This document shows, in pieces, positions 38,858 through 51,068 of a stretch of DNA of 64,000 bases. The translations under genes were made by a program, and so were the position numbers. Origin of the DNA: Paraspadella gotoi. Taxonomy: Eukaryota; Animalia; Chaetognatha. The DNA lies in NCBI GenBank assembly GCA_051294375.1, contig CM119267.1:25435293-25499292 (forward strand), in the 5' to 3' direction. Within the stretch, counting starts at the first letter, position 1. Each line of letters starts with the position of its first letter. A model generated the notes under the pieces. It did not search any database. It was not told where the DNA came from and saw only the letters and a program-made list of their open reading frames with translations.

Positions 38858-41800
38858 ATGGACTTGACGAACGAAGAACTCCTGTCCATGATGTCGGATC
38901 CCATGGACGGAGAGAACGAAGATCCGAGCGAGAGGATTCGACCCACGCCTTCGTCTTCTTTGTCCCTTTGTCCCGGTTTCGATGCCGAGGCTGGCCGGCT
39001 CTGGATCTACCCCACGAATTTTCCCGTAAGAGACTATCAATACTCGATCGTAGAAAAGTCACTCTTTCAAAACACTCTCGTCTGCCTTCCGACCGGCTTG
39101 GGAAAGACCTTCATCGCCGCCGTCGTAATGTACAACTTTTATCGGTGGTACCCTCAAGGAAAAGTGGTGTTCATGGCACCCACCAAACCGCTCGTAAACC
39201 AACAGATCGAAGCCTGCTACAAGATCATGGGCATTCCACAGACCGACTCCACCTTTATGACGGGACAGGACGGACAGAAGGAGAGAGAGGTACTTTGGAG
39301 ATCCAAACGGGTCTTCTTCCTTACTCCGCAAGTGATAACGAACGACTTAAGCCGCGGATCGCTACGACACGAGGATGTCAAGTGTCTCGTCGTCGACGAA
39401 GCCCACAAGGCGACCGGAGGCTACGCTTACGTGGGCGTCGTCAAAGAGTTGCTGCGTCGTACTCGGGACTTTCGAATCCTGGCGCTCTCCGCGACGCCGG
39501 GAAAGAATTTGGAGGCCTTACAAAGGCTCATCTACAATCTGGCCATAGCCCACGTGGAAGTGCGGTCCGAAGAATCCCCAGATATCAAACCCTATTCCTT
39601 CGACAGACTCGTGGAAGAAAAGATTCTTTCTCTCGGACTCGAATTGACGTCGATCAAAGAAAAGTTCTTTCGCATCATCGGACGAGTCTACGCTCGTCTC
39701 AAAGACAAAAGAGTTTTGTATGGCGTTCCTGGCGTCGACAACATTTCCCTCTGGCCAATCTTACAGAGTCGCGATCAGTTTCGTCAGAATCCGCCTCAAA
39801 ATCTGGCGGGGAACGCTCCCAGAATGGCCGCCGTCGAATCAGACTTCTATCTTCTGTTGTCCCTAGTTCACGCCTCCACTTTGTTGTTGAATCACAGTGC
39901 ACGAACCTTTTATCGTAACCTCGATAAAATCGTGAAGGAAAGCCACGTGAAAGCGGAATTTCGCAAGAGCGAAGAATTTCAGTCTCTCTTAGAGCTACTT
40001 CGCTCCAAATTCGAAGACTCGGCCTCTTTTAACAACGACAACGAGGACGACGTCGCCCTCCCCGATCCTTCGGCCGTAAGTCTCGACTCTCTGCTCGGTG
40101 CTCATCCCAAGCTCGAGGCTCTTCGCGGCATCGTCGCCGAGCATTTCCAGCGGGTCAAGGAGACGAGGGTCATGGTGTTCGCTCAATTCCGCGAGACGGT
40201 CGGGGAGATCGCCCTGCTGCTAAACAAGCTGCGTCCCGCCGTCCGATGCATGGGATTCGTCGGCCAATCCTCGGGATCCTCTTCTTCCGCGACCAATCCG
40301 TCCAGCGTTTCCAAAGGGCTCACGCAAAAGGAGCAGCTGGAGGTCGTGAAGCGATTTAAGGAGGGCGGGTTCAACACCCTCGTCGCTACCTGCGTCGGGG
40401 AGGAAGGACTCGACATAGGAGACGTCGACCTCATCGTTTGCTACGATTCGCCGAAAAGCGCGACCAGGATGGTTCAGCGGATGGGACGGACGGGCAGGAA
40501 GAGGGACGGACGGATCGTAGTCCTGCTCACTAAAGGCAGAGAGGAAAGGCAATACCGAGCGGCACAGGTGAGAGACAACTAAGTCGTAAGTATGAACATT
40601 ACGCATCATTATTTTTTTGTTTAATTAAGGCGTCGAAACAAGGCATGGACGCCGTCTTGGCGCTCAAAACAAATGCTCTCCAGTTTTACCCCAAAAATCC
40701 CCGGATGATCCCCGACGGAGTCGTCCCCGTCGCCCACAAGATGTTCGTCACCGTCGACGCGCGATCCGTAGGCGCCGAGAAGAAAAAATCAAAATCCTCC
40801 GAGAGATTTTTCAGTACGTCGTCTAGAATGAGTTTCGTTTCGCTGACCTTTTTCTTTATTTCTTTTAATTCATTATTATTTTGAAGATTCGACGAAAAAG
40901 AAAGAGGAAAAGGGGAACGCTTGGATGTTATCGCCTGAAGAGCAGAAGGAATTCGAGGAGAAGTTCCTGGCGCTCGTCGAGGATGACTCGGTTCTCATCC
41001 CCGCTTCGAGACTTTATTCTTCCAGAGGTCGGCGGCGGAAAGGAGCTTAATAAAATATTTAGATTGTGACGAAATGAAATTTCTAAATATTATTTTGAAA
41101 ACTCAAATCATTATTTAACCTTATTGAAAGCATTCGAGAAAGAGAAGGAAAACTTTTAATATGTCAATGAAATTGAGTAGCTCGATGTCCGTTGAAAAGA
41201 ACCAAAAGTTACTCTGCTACATAAGTCTTTTCAAATAAATTAACATATTATTTTGACGAAACAGATGTCGCTCGATCGAGACTAAATGACTACGCCGAGT
41301 GGCAGGCACGCCCACAGGGATCGAATCGCGTCGGGACTTCGCTCAAATGTCGCGCGCTCGTCGAATCCGCTGCGGCCGTCGTTAGGATGAGAGGATGGTA
41401 AGGCGCGGGTGAGACGAATATCAGGATCTGGTAAGGCAGAGAAAGAGAAATCGATTTGTTTACTTGACCGACGAACCTTTTTTTTGAGCAGCGAAGATCT
41501 TTACGGGGACGAAATGCGTCTCTTTCTCCGCGAAGAAGACAAGACGGCGTCGCCCGCCAAGAACCTTCACTATTATTTCCCATCTTTGGGTAATTAATTA
41601 TACTCAATTTTGTCATGTCGTTAGTTAACCTGCTGGATTTAGATTATAATCTTTTTTAGGAGAAAGTAAAGCGAGCAAAGCAAAGAAAACATGTCGGACC
41701 GAGACGAAAACAGTTAATTACTTTAACAACAACAATAACAACAGCAAAAAGAACGATGAGGACGACGACGGCGATTTGCCCTCACTGGCCTCCATCCTCA

Positions 41801-44163
41801 ACAGGGAAACACCGTCTTCCGTTGGTCAAGTTCGAAGTGCCGTCGAACTTCGCCCCCACTCGGGAAGACTGCAAAGTCGAGACAAGATTGCGGAGTCGCC
41901 CTTAAAAGTCAGATCTTCCCTGTGTACTCAACAAGAGGAAAGTTCTTTTACTGCGAACGATGAGTCAGCGATTCTCGCTGAATCCGATTCTGAACAATTT
42001 CCTTCGACTGACGAAAACGCGTTTGTTTCTACGATTGAAATCGAGACTTCCTTTGATCGCCTCCGCTTTCCTTCGCCTCCGTCCTTAGCCTCCATTAGCG
42101 AGGACGTGACTCTTCTCGAGTCGTTGAGTAGACAATGCGACGATTCGGGCGTCGACGTCGTCACTATTTGGCGTCAGATAGAAACCGAGTTTGTCGCACT
42201 CAATCGCGTCGAGTCTCCGAACGAAAATGACAAAGATGATGATAAAAATGACGATAAGAAAGATGATAAAATGGCAAAGATCTCATCCTCGTTGAATAAC
42301 TTGGCCGATGATTCTGGCCTTTTCCACGGCGCCTCAACTCCTCCTTCGCCCGAGCCTTCTCATTTTCTTTTCGATTTGGACGACGATTTCGAAGAGAAGG
42401 GCGAAGACATAGAAGACAGGGAAGACATGGATGACAGGGATGATGACAAGGAAGACAGGGACTTGAAAGTCAATGAAGCGAAGGCTGGTGAAGAAAACAA
42501 AGAAGCGATCAACGACGTGAAATTAGAGAAAGTTGAAAGAAACAAGAGACGAGAAGCAATTGTAAGAAACAATGACGGACACGAATCTTCGCTTAGAGGA
42601 GAAACTTTGGACTTTGATATGTTCGCCGAAGATTTTCTCAGTGACTCTGAATCCGCGCAGACGACGGCGGAACTCAATTTCGAAAACGAAATAAATGGAA
42701 ACGAAAAACTGGATGCGGCGGGGGCAGCAGCGGCGGCGACGCCGTGCAAAACCATCGGACGATCCGGGGAGGAAAAGTCTCCGTCTATTTCTGATTTCAA
42801 CGACATGAATTTCACGTTTTTCGATTTGGACGAATTGGGAATAAACGAGGCCGAAATAACCAAACCTACCCGAGAAAAAGATCGTTCGAACAAACGCGAC
42901 TTACACGACGATTCATTCACTCACCTAAAAGAAAAGCTCACGCAGGAACAACTCACTCTGTCTCAAGCAATAAACGTTTTGCGAGAGCCGACACAAGCTT
43001 TTTCCAATACGAACAGGAGAAGTTTTACCAAAAATGAATCCTTTAATCAACGGAAGAAACAACCGACCATAAGGGAATCGCTCGTCGGCGAAAGAAACGT
43101 CGCTTCGACGTCAAAGTCTCTGACGGAAGTGAGATTCGGCGATGGAGATTTCGTGGACGACGACGTCGACATGGAAGCGCTGGCAAAGGCTTTGTACCTT
43201 CAGGAACAAGAGGAACATTTGCAACGTTTTTCTCAAATCAAAATGTCGTCTATGAGCGAGGATCGAAGATCGAGAAAGGAGGAGGAAGAGGAAGAGGAAT
43301 CGATCCTCCTTGTCCCTAGAAAGAGAAAAGCGTTGGTTTTCTCGTCGCCCGAATCTCCTCACAGATCAAAGTCAAACCTGAAAAAATTGACCACGTCGAC
43401 GACGCGGAATGGGGACAGTCAAACGGCTCGTAAAGGATCGTCATCGTCCGATTCTTTCCTCGCCGCTAAGAGATCCAAGATTTCTAAGAAATCAAAAGCT
43501 CGAAGATTCTTGGACGCGGAGGCCGCTCTCTCTGGCGAGGATAACGAATCCGATGATGATGACGATTCTCAGTTGGATGTCGATCTTCCTTCGCTCATCC
43601 ACGACGGGTCACCCGTTCTCTCCACTCAAGCCCAACGCAGTCCCCCACCTGACGAACGCGCCATGTACCTTCGCAGCACCCGTAGTCCGTGTGGAGCCGC
43701 GGGCGCCGGGAGGTTCAAACTGCGCTACGGTTCCGGAGCCAACGTCGACGTTTATTCCCAAGCCGTGGGTCCCGACGACGAGGACAATAGCTACGAGCAC
43801 GACAGCTTCTGCGTGGACAGTTTAGCGATAGAGTCCTCTCGATTGGATGGCGACGAGGAAGTCTCTCCTCTTAAGAATCCAGCCTCTTTATGGGAAGAGA
43901 GGATGACCAGAAGGCAGAAGAGAGTTCTCGAGGCGGTGAGGGAATGGAGAGAGGAAGAGGAAGAGGAAGAGGGCGTGGAACCGATATCGAGGAGACGGCG
44001 AGTCGTTAGATTAGTCGACTCTGATTCTAGTCTTGAAGAAGGTGGAGGCGAAGGCGGCGGCGAAGGCGACCGACGAGTCAATGACGTTGCGTCGCCTGAC
44101 GTTCGCGAGTTGAAAAAACCTAATCTTGCATCGACGCCCTTGATTCATTCAAAACCTGAGTAA
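38858..44163 (+). CDS. FANCM: FANCM/Mph1 DEAH translocase, 6 exons, no C-terminal ERCC4 domain seen
   Basis: WIYPTNFPVRDYQ, LPTGLGKT, VDEAHKATG, ALSATPG, GEEGLDIG, QRMGRTGRKRDG; distal FANCM-type motifs FLDAEAALS, ERAMYLRS, YEHDSFCVD. Confidence 0.92.
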
Positions 44164-44603
44164 TGTTTTCTGGGAATACTTAAATATAGTTACTTTTTTT
44201 TTAAGTGACCTTAATTGGCCTATTTATTGATCTTACATTTTGTAGCAATTAGGCCATAATTATGTCGAATTTTGGATTTTCGGAGGATTTTCGATTACGG
44301 TCTTTGTAACCTGTCCCACGTTTTTAATACGTTACTTGTCGTTACCGTTCTTTCGAATTGGTCGTTATTTAACGAGCGACTTTATTTTTCTTTTCTTTTT
44401 TCTGGTACGTAATTGTTAAGTTTGGGTTGGTCCTGGCATAAAAAACAAATAATCAGGGAAAGTTTTTTTTTTTTTTAACAAAGGAATTTTAGCTTCCCTC
44501 CGAGGAAAGCAAGTTTGGGATCCGAAGACCAAAGAAGCCGAAGCTTTTTACTTATGACTATGAGAGTTAGATTTTTGTGACGGGTTCGGCCCCAGACCGA
44601 GGA

Positions 44604-45515
44604 ATGGCTTCCCGCCAAAAGGCTCACCGCTCCTCGTTCACAACGGCCACCGCGCGTCTCAAACAAGTAAAGAATTAAGAACAGTGCAATCTTTGGCGAG
44701 TCCTTTTCTACTATTTTATTCTTAACAGCCTCAGAAATATTATTTGTCAAACCTTAACTACTTTTTATAAGAATTGTCCTTTTTCCCCCAGGATTACCTC
44801 CGCTTAATAAAAGATCCCGTGCCCTACGTTGCCGCCGTTCCTCTTCCCCACAACATCTTAGAATGGCGCTACGTTGTAACGGGGCCCGAGGACACGCCAT
44901 ACGAGGGCGGTGTCTATCAGGGTCGACTCGTCTTTCCCCAAGATTTCCCCTTTAAACCCCCTAGCATTTACATGATCACCCCAAATGGGAGATTTAAGGT
45001 CAGTTGCCGATCATCCGCTATATTTGTTCTTCCATATTCCTCACCTTCTTCCGCCTTGATACCAGGTTAACACCCGCCTCTGCCTGTCCATCTCCGACTT
45101 TCACCCGGATACATGGAATCCCGCCTGGACCGTCTCGAGCATACTGACCGGCCTCGTATCTTTCATGGTTGAGTCGACCCCGACGAAGGGCAGCGTGGAG
45201 ACGACGACGGCGACGAAGCGTCAGTTGGCCCAGGACTCAGTCCGCTTCAACCTCGCCGACGAAACGTTTCGGACTTTGTTTCCCGAGACGGCGAACTATT
45301 TGAGGGAGGCGGAGGAGAGGGAGAAGGTGAGCGATAAAGAAAATGAGAAAGAAAATGAGAAGAGAGAAAACTCTTCTACAACCGACGAAGGAAAGGGTGA
45401 TGATGAAAACATAGAAGCGGCGTCGATCGGCGCTCATTTTCTCAACGTCTTCGTTTTTCTCGGCGTCGCCGCTTTTGCCTTCACCGTCAAGTGCGTTTTG
45501 GGGTCAATCAAGTGA
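44604..45515 (+). CDS. UBE2J2: Tail-anchored E2 ubiquitin-conjugating enzyme J2 (Ubc6), 3 exons
   Basis: ATARLKQDYLRL.KDPVPY, FPFKPPSIYMITPNGRF, TRLCLSISDFHPDTWNPAW, C-terminal transmembrane segment. Confidence 0.95.
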
Positions 45516-45519
45516 AGAA

Positions 45520-45576
<57 letters not shown>
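45520..45576 (+). repeat. Perfect (GGC)19 trinucleotide repeat just after the UBE2J2 stop
   Basis: Seen directly. Confidence 0.95.
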
Positions 45577-45579
<3 letters not shown>

Positions 45580-46231
45580 AGCTCTTCACCCAATAATAAG
45601 CTGCTCTTCCTGTCGTCGTCGTCGAGAGATTGTCTTCGTCGTCGTCGAGAGATTATCGTCGCCGTTAAGAGATTAGCTATTTCGCCGAATTCTATGTTTG
45701 GGCTTCAATTTCATTTCCCGTCCAGAAACTTGACTTTCGAAATGAGTTTCCCATGGAAACGTTTCTTCCCTTTTCTCCATTGATATTTTTGGAACATTCT
45801 CTCTCATCTCTTTCATTCTTTACTTGTCATTCATTCCATTCTCTTCCAAAGGACATTTTACAGCCATTTTCCCTCTCCCGCCGCATCCCTTACCAAAGAT
45901 TGATAATACTGTATTTTCGTAAGAATATATTCAATATTTTAGATCCCAAATTAAATTATATGAACACCTAATGCTTTTATTTTAAAAATGAAATTAGATT
46001 GATGTCATCTTGATTTTTTTTTTTTTTTTGCCAAATTAAATAGTTTTAAAATTTTTTTAACAGACTAATTAAAGAAGAAGCTTTTCCGCTCTCCCGAACG
46101 GTTTAAGCTGGGAAAAGCTGCACGTTTTATTCATCAATCGAAATCGGATGGTAAAAGAATTTGCATTTTCTAAACTGAAGTTGGGATCTAGTCCCTGATG
46201 GCGGCGTCGTCTCTCGTCCAACGGAGACGAG

Positions 46232-49200
46232 ATGGAGTTGTCGTTGCGTCGCCTGAAAATGGCGTCGACGATCTACGTCGGCGTGACCGTCTTTCTTCAC
46301 GTCTCACTCTCAACGATCGTCACGATTCCCGACTACTTCGACGAAGATCGGGACAGGACAGCTCGTTGGTATTTTAGCGGTCTAAACAACAACCATAACA
46401 ACAACAACAACAACAACTTTACAACTTTACCACAGTATCCACTTTTTCAACTTCTCCAATTCCTTTTATTTCCTTTTATTTATTCATTGCATTTTTTATA
46501 CGTTTTCCCATCGATGATTCCTTATCACATTAATAATTTGTTATCGTCATATTAATAATTCATTTTCATTATATCAATAATTCATTATCATGGCATCAAT
46601 CATTCGTTATCATCGCATCGATCAATCATTCGTTATCATCGCATTAATCAATATTTTTTTTAATATATAATCAATCATTTATGGCAACGGGAGGATAGCC
46701 TGTGATACCCGGGGCGGGGGTACTCACCAACTGGCGTAGGGGCTGCGGACCCTCAGTGACCGCCTCCTGTCACTGGCATGTTTATACCGGCACCGTCACA
46801 TTTAAGCCAGAACCGGGATACCCAGGGATTGAACCCGGGACGCACGGATGGAATGAGATGATTTAGCCTGCTCAGCCATTGAGACGAGGCTGAGGACGGA
46901 CAGCAGTGAGGCAGCTTTAAGTCTTGCTGCCACAGGATCCCCCCACCAGCACTTCTCCACAGGGGCCTCAATCCTGAGGAGATGTCTGAGAGAAGGTTTT
47001 GATCTCATTGCCATAGTGAGAGCGAGCGGGGCGAGCGAGCGAGCGAGTCTGGAGCGTTACGCAGAGAAGTAGGGCATAGGCGTGAGTATGGGCATACCTT
47101 AAGCGACGTTAGCGTGGGCGCACGGTGCGCAGCGGTTGCGTGTTCGGAGTAGGGCTCACCACTTTTTTTTTGTTTTTTTTTCGTCGCAAACGCTAAGCGA
47201 TTGCGACGATATTGTAACGCTTTTGCGCATAAGTGGCGTCGAAGTCGTCGTTGTTGTTCATCGGCGTTCCAATTATAGATCGCCTTTTTATGATTAAATT
47301 TGGGTGTAAGAAGCTGAAAATTTATATACAACTTCTCATCATCGATGTGCTTAAAATTGAGTCTAGACAGTTATTAAATATGTTATTTACGTTTTATCAA
47401 AACAAACAAATTTTCTCTTTTATTTTTATATTTCTTTCTCTCTCTCTTTTCTCTTTTAATTACATATCTCTCTCCCTCTCTCTTTTCTCTAGTCACTGAT
47501 TCATAGGGAAAAAAAAGAGTCTGCAGCTGACTCTGCAGGGGCTTATTCTTTTTTTCTCTCTTTTCCTGCTGCTTTTGCTGCTGCCTTTTGATTTCTTTCT
47601 TTTTTTCTGGGTGCCTCTTGCTGCTGCCGCTGCTGATTCGTCCGAAAACGATTTGGCTTCTCTCTCTCTCTTTTTCTTTTTTTTTTTTTAAATGCTGAAA
47701 AATAAATTATCCTTTTTCAGTTTCCGGCCCGACTTTATAACTTTTAGTGGGATGCAATAGTTTTTGAGAAATCGTCTGTTTTTGTTTCTTTCTTAGGGTT
47801 TCGCATACAATCAGTGTCTTTTAGATAACGAAATCTGAACTTCAATAATTACCATATTTCTTGATCTCATTGGTTAGTACCAAGCTTTCTTCATTTAAAA
47901 AAACGGTCGTCTCAAGTTATCTCCTTCTTATCACTTAGAACTTCCCATGTAAATTTCTATGAGTTAAAAATACGGTAAGACATGATTTCTTCAATGCTTG
48001 TCAATCTAATCTCATTAACTACTTAATTTTAAAAATAAGTATGTTTGAATTTTTATGGTACAGATAATTTTTAAAGATCGAATTCCTTATAAGAATCCTC
48101 ATGTCTTTTACTTACACAAAATATTTTAGGTAAGACGCCACATTATCTGATACAATTTTTTTTCCTTCATACTCTTTTCCTGATTATTTTTTTTCACCTC
48201 TTTTCTTCTCTTAATTTATATTTTCCTCTTCCTCTTTCCTCCCTTACTTCTCACGCTGTCACTTACCATTTTTTTGGCCCCTATTTTTTTCTGCCACTCA
48301 TTCATTTTCCTCACCTTTTTTTCTTATCTTCATTCTTTCCCTTTCTTTTCCCCTCTTTTTCTTTCCGTTTTTCCCCTCTTTTCTTAACTTAAAATTGTTT
48401 CACTATTTTTTCCCCATTTGACTTCGTTTTTTTGCCTTTCACCCTCTCTTTCATTCTCTCCCCTTCTCCTTTTCTTGTTTTCCCTTTCCTATTTCCTCTC
48501 ACTACGTTTACAATGTAAATGTAAATGTAAATGTAAATTACATTGAGCCAAATCAAAAAAAATATTTAAAATGCATTATAAGAAAGAAAATGAACGGTAG
48601 CGCATGATTTTTCTTTCAATTTTGGTTGCCTAGCAAATTTAGTAAATCTATCAATTCTAAGAAAAAAACAAGTCCTGACGCTTTCCATTGGCTTAAAAGG
48701 ATGCGGTTTTTTTTTAATTAATCAAGGTCAGTATGTACTTCATCTTTTAAAACTAATAAATGAGTTGAAAATATTCTCTTTATCAAAAATAAATACAAGT
48801 CACAAAAAGTCACAAATTAAAAGACGTCTTTAAAAATTATTTGTGGCTATACCAAAAAAAATTTTTTATAGGTGTTAAAAGCTTATTCAATAGGCTATAT
48901 TTTCTGTTAATTTCAACCAATTTGATTTATTTTTGTTTAACAAATTATGATAAAGACTGAAACTCCAACTTTTTGACTTGTTAAAAAGTTGTACAAAGTT
49001 AATCAACATTGTAAGTAATAACTGAACAATAGTGGAAAGAGTCGTTTTTTTCCTAAATGCAACGTTTGTACGCGGAACCTTAGGGGTTGTGTCTGCTGAT
49101 TAGTTTATTTTTTGATAATGACAATTGACAATTGATAATGACAATGATAAAAAAAACTTTTTTTTTTCTTTTTTTTTTCAGAAACTGTTACTTTAATTTT

Positions 49201-50614
49201 CCTTGGTACTTTATTATTTTTTTTAATTGACAATCGCAAAATATAATTTTTCTTTTTCTCAAATTTTATTTTTTTTAGTATTAAAATTTTTCGTCAATCC
49301 AGATTTTTCTTATAAATGCGATTGCGACGATCCTTATGCTTTTAAGATTTTTGTTTTATTTTTTTGTTTATTTTTTTTGACAAATATTGAGCGATGAATG
49401 ATTGTGCTTTAAGGATTTTTTCATTAATTTTCTGGCGAGATCACTATACTTTTAAGATCTCATCTATTATAGTTTAGCGAAAAAGGATTAATAAACAAAT
49501 ATTAAATAAGTCAATATCGTTCAAAGGTGTTTTGAAATACTAAGCCATATTCGTATTCCAACTTTTCCTTTGAGGGCTTCACTCCTCCTCTCCGGATTAA
49601 TCGCCGTCAACGTGATCGTCAACTTTCGTCTCATCTTCGTGCGATCGACGCCGCCTCGGCCGTCACGTGACGTGGGATCGACATCGAGCTTAGTCGGCGA
49701 CGATTCCTCCCGCCCTTCCTTTTCTCTCCCCACCGCCTGGTGCTCCGCCTGCTCGAGACTCAAGCCGCCCCGCGCCCACCACTGCAAAATCTGCGACCGT
49801 TGCGTGCCTCGTCGCGACCACCACTGCTTCGTTGTGGGCGAATGCGTGGGCGCCTCAAACGTGGCCAACTTTGTCCTCTTCCTGCTCCATTGCTGCTTTG
49901 GACTTTGTTTCTCTTTGTCCTTCGCCATCGCCTTCGTTCGCCGTCGCATCTTATCGACGACGTCTTGGACGGACTTGGCCACGCGTCTCCTCTTTCCGGT
50001 CAACGTCGTTCGTCTCGTCGTCGTCGGCGACGTCCCCGCCTCGCTCGTCCCGCTCTCCCTCTTTCTCGAAATCTCCGCACTCAACTGCCTCGTCACGCTC
50101 TGCTACGGAGCGTTGCAATTCTATCTCGTACTCGCCGATATGACGTGGCACGAGTGGCGGAGCGGGAGTCGAACGATCGAATCTGGAGAAGGAGGAAGAG
50201 GGTGAGTTTAAAAATTTTAAACTATTAAAAAAATTTTTGCTAACGGAATCTATTTTTGAGTTTAATCGATGTAACCTTAAATCAGTAATCTTTGACATGG
50301 TAATCAAATGGTTGTCATAGGTTTGTCAAGTTACTACTCCTACGATCACGATAAGAATCCGGGAATTAACATAAAAAATAAAACTTATTTAGTAATTTAG
50401 ATACTGCAAGATGCAAATGAGATGGAATAACTTTTCCTAATTTGCCCAATGTATTGCTGAATTATTATTTTTTTTTATTTTCAGGATCCGAGCTCTTCGA
50501 TCGCTGCGTCTTTGCTTTGGAAGGAGGTGGTACTTGACTTTTTTCTGTCCCTGGATGGTGATGCCCTTTTTTTCAACGGCCAATTCGGGTCCGCGCCGAA
50601 TCAAGGAGATTTGA
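46232..50614 (+). CDS. DHHC palmitoyltransferase (ZDHHC22/24-like), 3 exons with a 3.2-kb TE-filled first intron
   Basis: C..C...KPPRAHHCKICDRCVPRRDHHCFVVGECVG; TM segments; last exon LRLCFGRRWYLTFFCPW. The start codon is uncertain (see findings). Confidence 0.85.
46670..46890 (-). mobile_element. tRNA-derived SINE in ZDHHC intron 1
   Basis: Minus strand shows A-box TGGCTGAGCAGG, a TTCCA loop, B-box GGTTCAATCCC, a GC-rich body and an AT-rich tail. Confidence 0.7.
47181..49347 (+). mobile_element. Helentron/DINE-like family A, long copy
   Basis: 5' hairpin TCGTCGCAA..TTGCGACGA; 3' sub-TIR GCGATTGCGACGAT plus CCTTATGCTTTTAAG; both ends homologous to 55965-56584. Confidence 0.75.
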
Positions 50615-51068
50615 TATCTAATCGAGGTCCCTCCAGCGGTCATCCGTCACATTTACGAGCAACAAATGGAACAATTTTGACAATCTTTGCATCTTTTGCT
50701 AAATCGTAAATATTACGTCCCGTCGCTTTCTAGAGATCTTTCCTTTTTTTAGATTAAGTTCTATTATTTTTTTTTTTCGGCTTAAAGAATTCGTATCTGG
50801 ACTTTCGGTTAAGCTGACTCGATCTTTTTCGCCTCCTTTTGCTTCATTTCGTTCCGCGATTTTCTACGCGCATCATACTTTCGACGCTTAAACTCGTTAG
50901 ATTAGGTTAGGAGACTAAGAATGTTATAGGAATTGTCGCAAGTCAGTTTATGTAGGAGGAAATTAGTGAATCGCCCTGTGAGGAAAAAAAATATCTATTA
51001 AAAAAAAGACAAGCGACGCATCACGAATCTCTAATCTACGAAGAAAAAAAAAAAAAAAAAAAAAGAGG

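Noticed and set aside
38851-39918. 355-aa alternative-frame ORF overlapping the FANCM start
   Set aside because: Arg/Ser-rich off-frame product expected from the codon bias; no independent evidence, although its ATG lies 7 nt upstream of the FANCM ATG.
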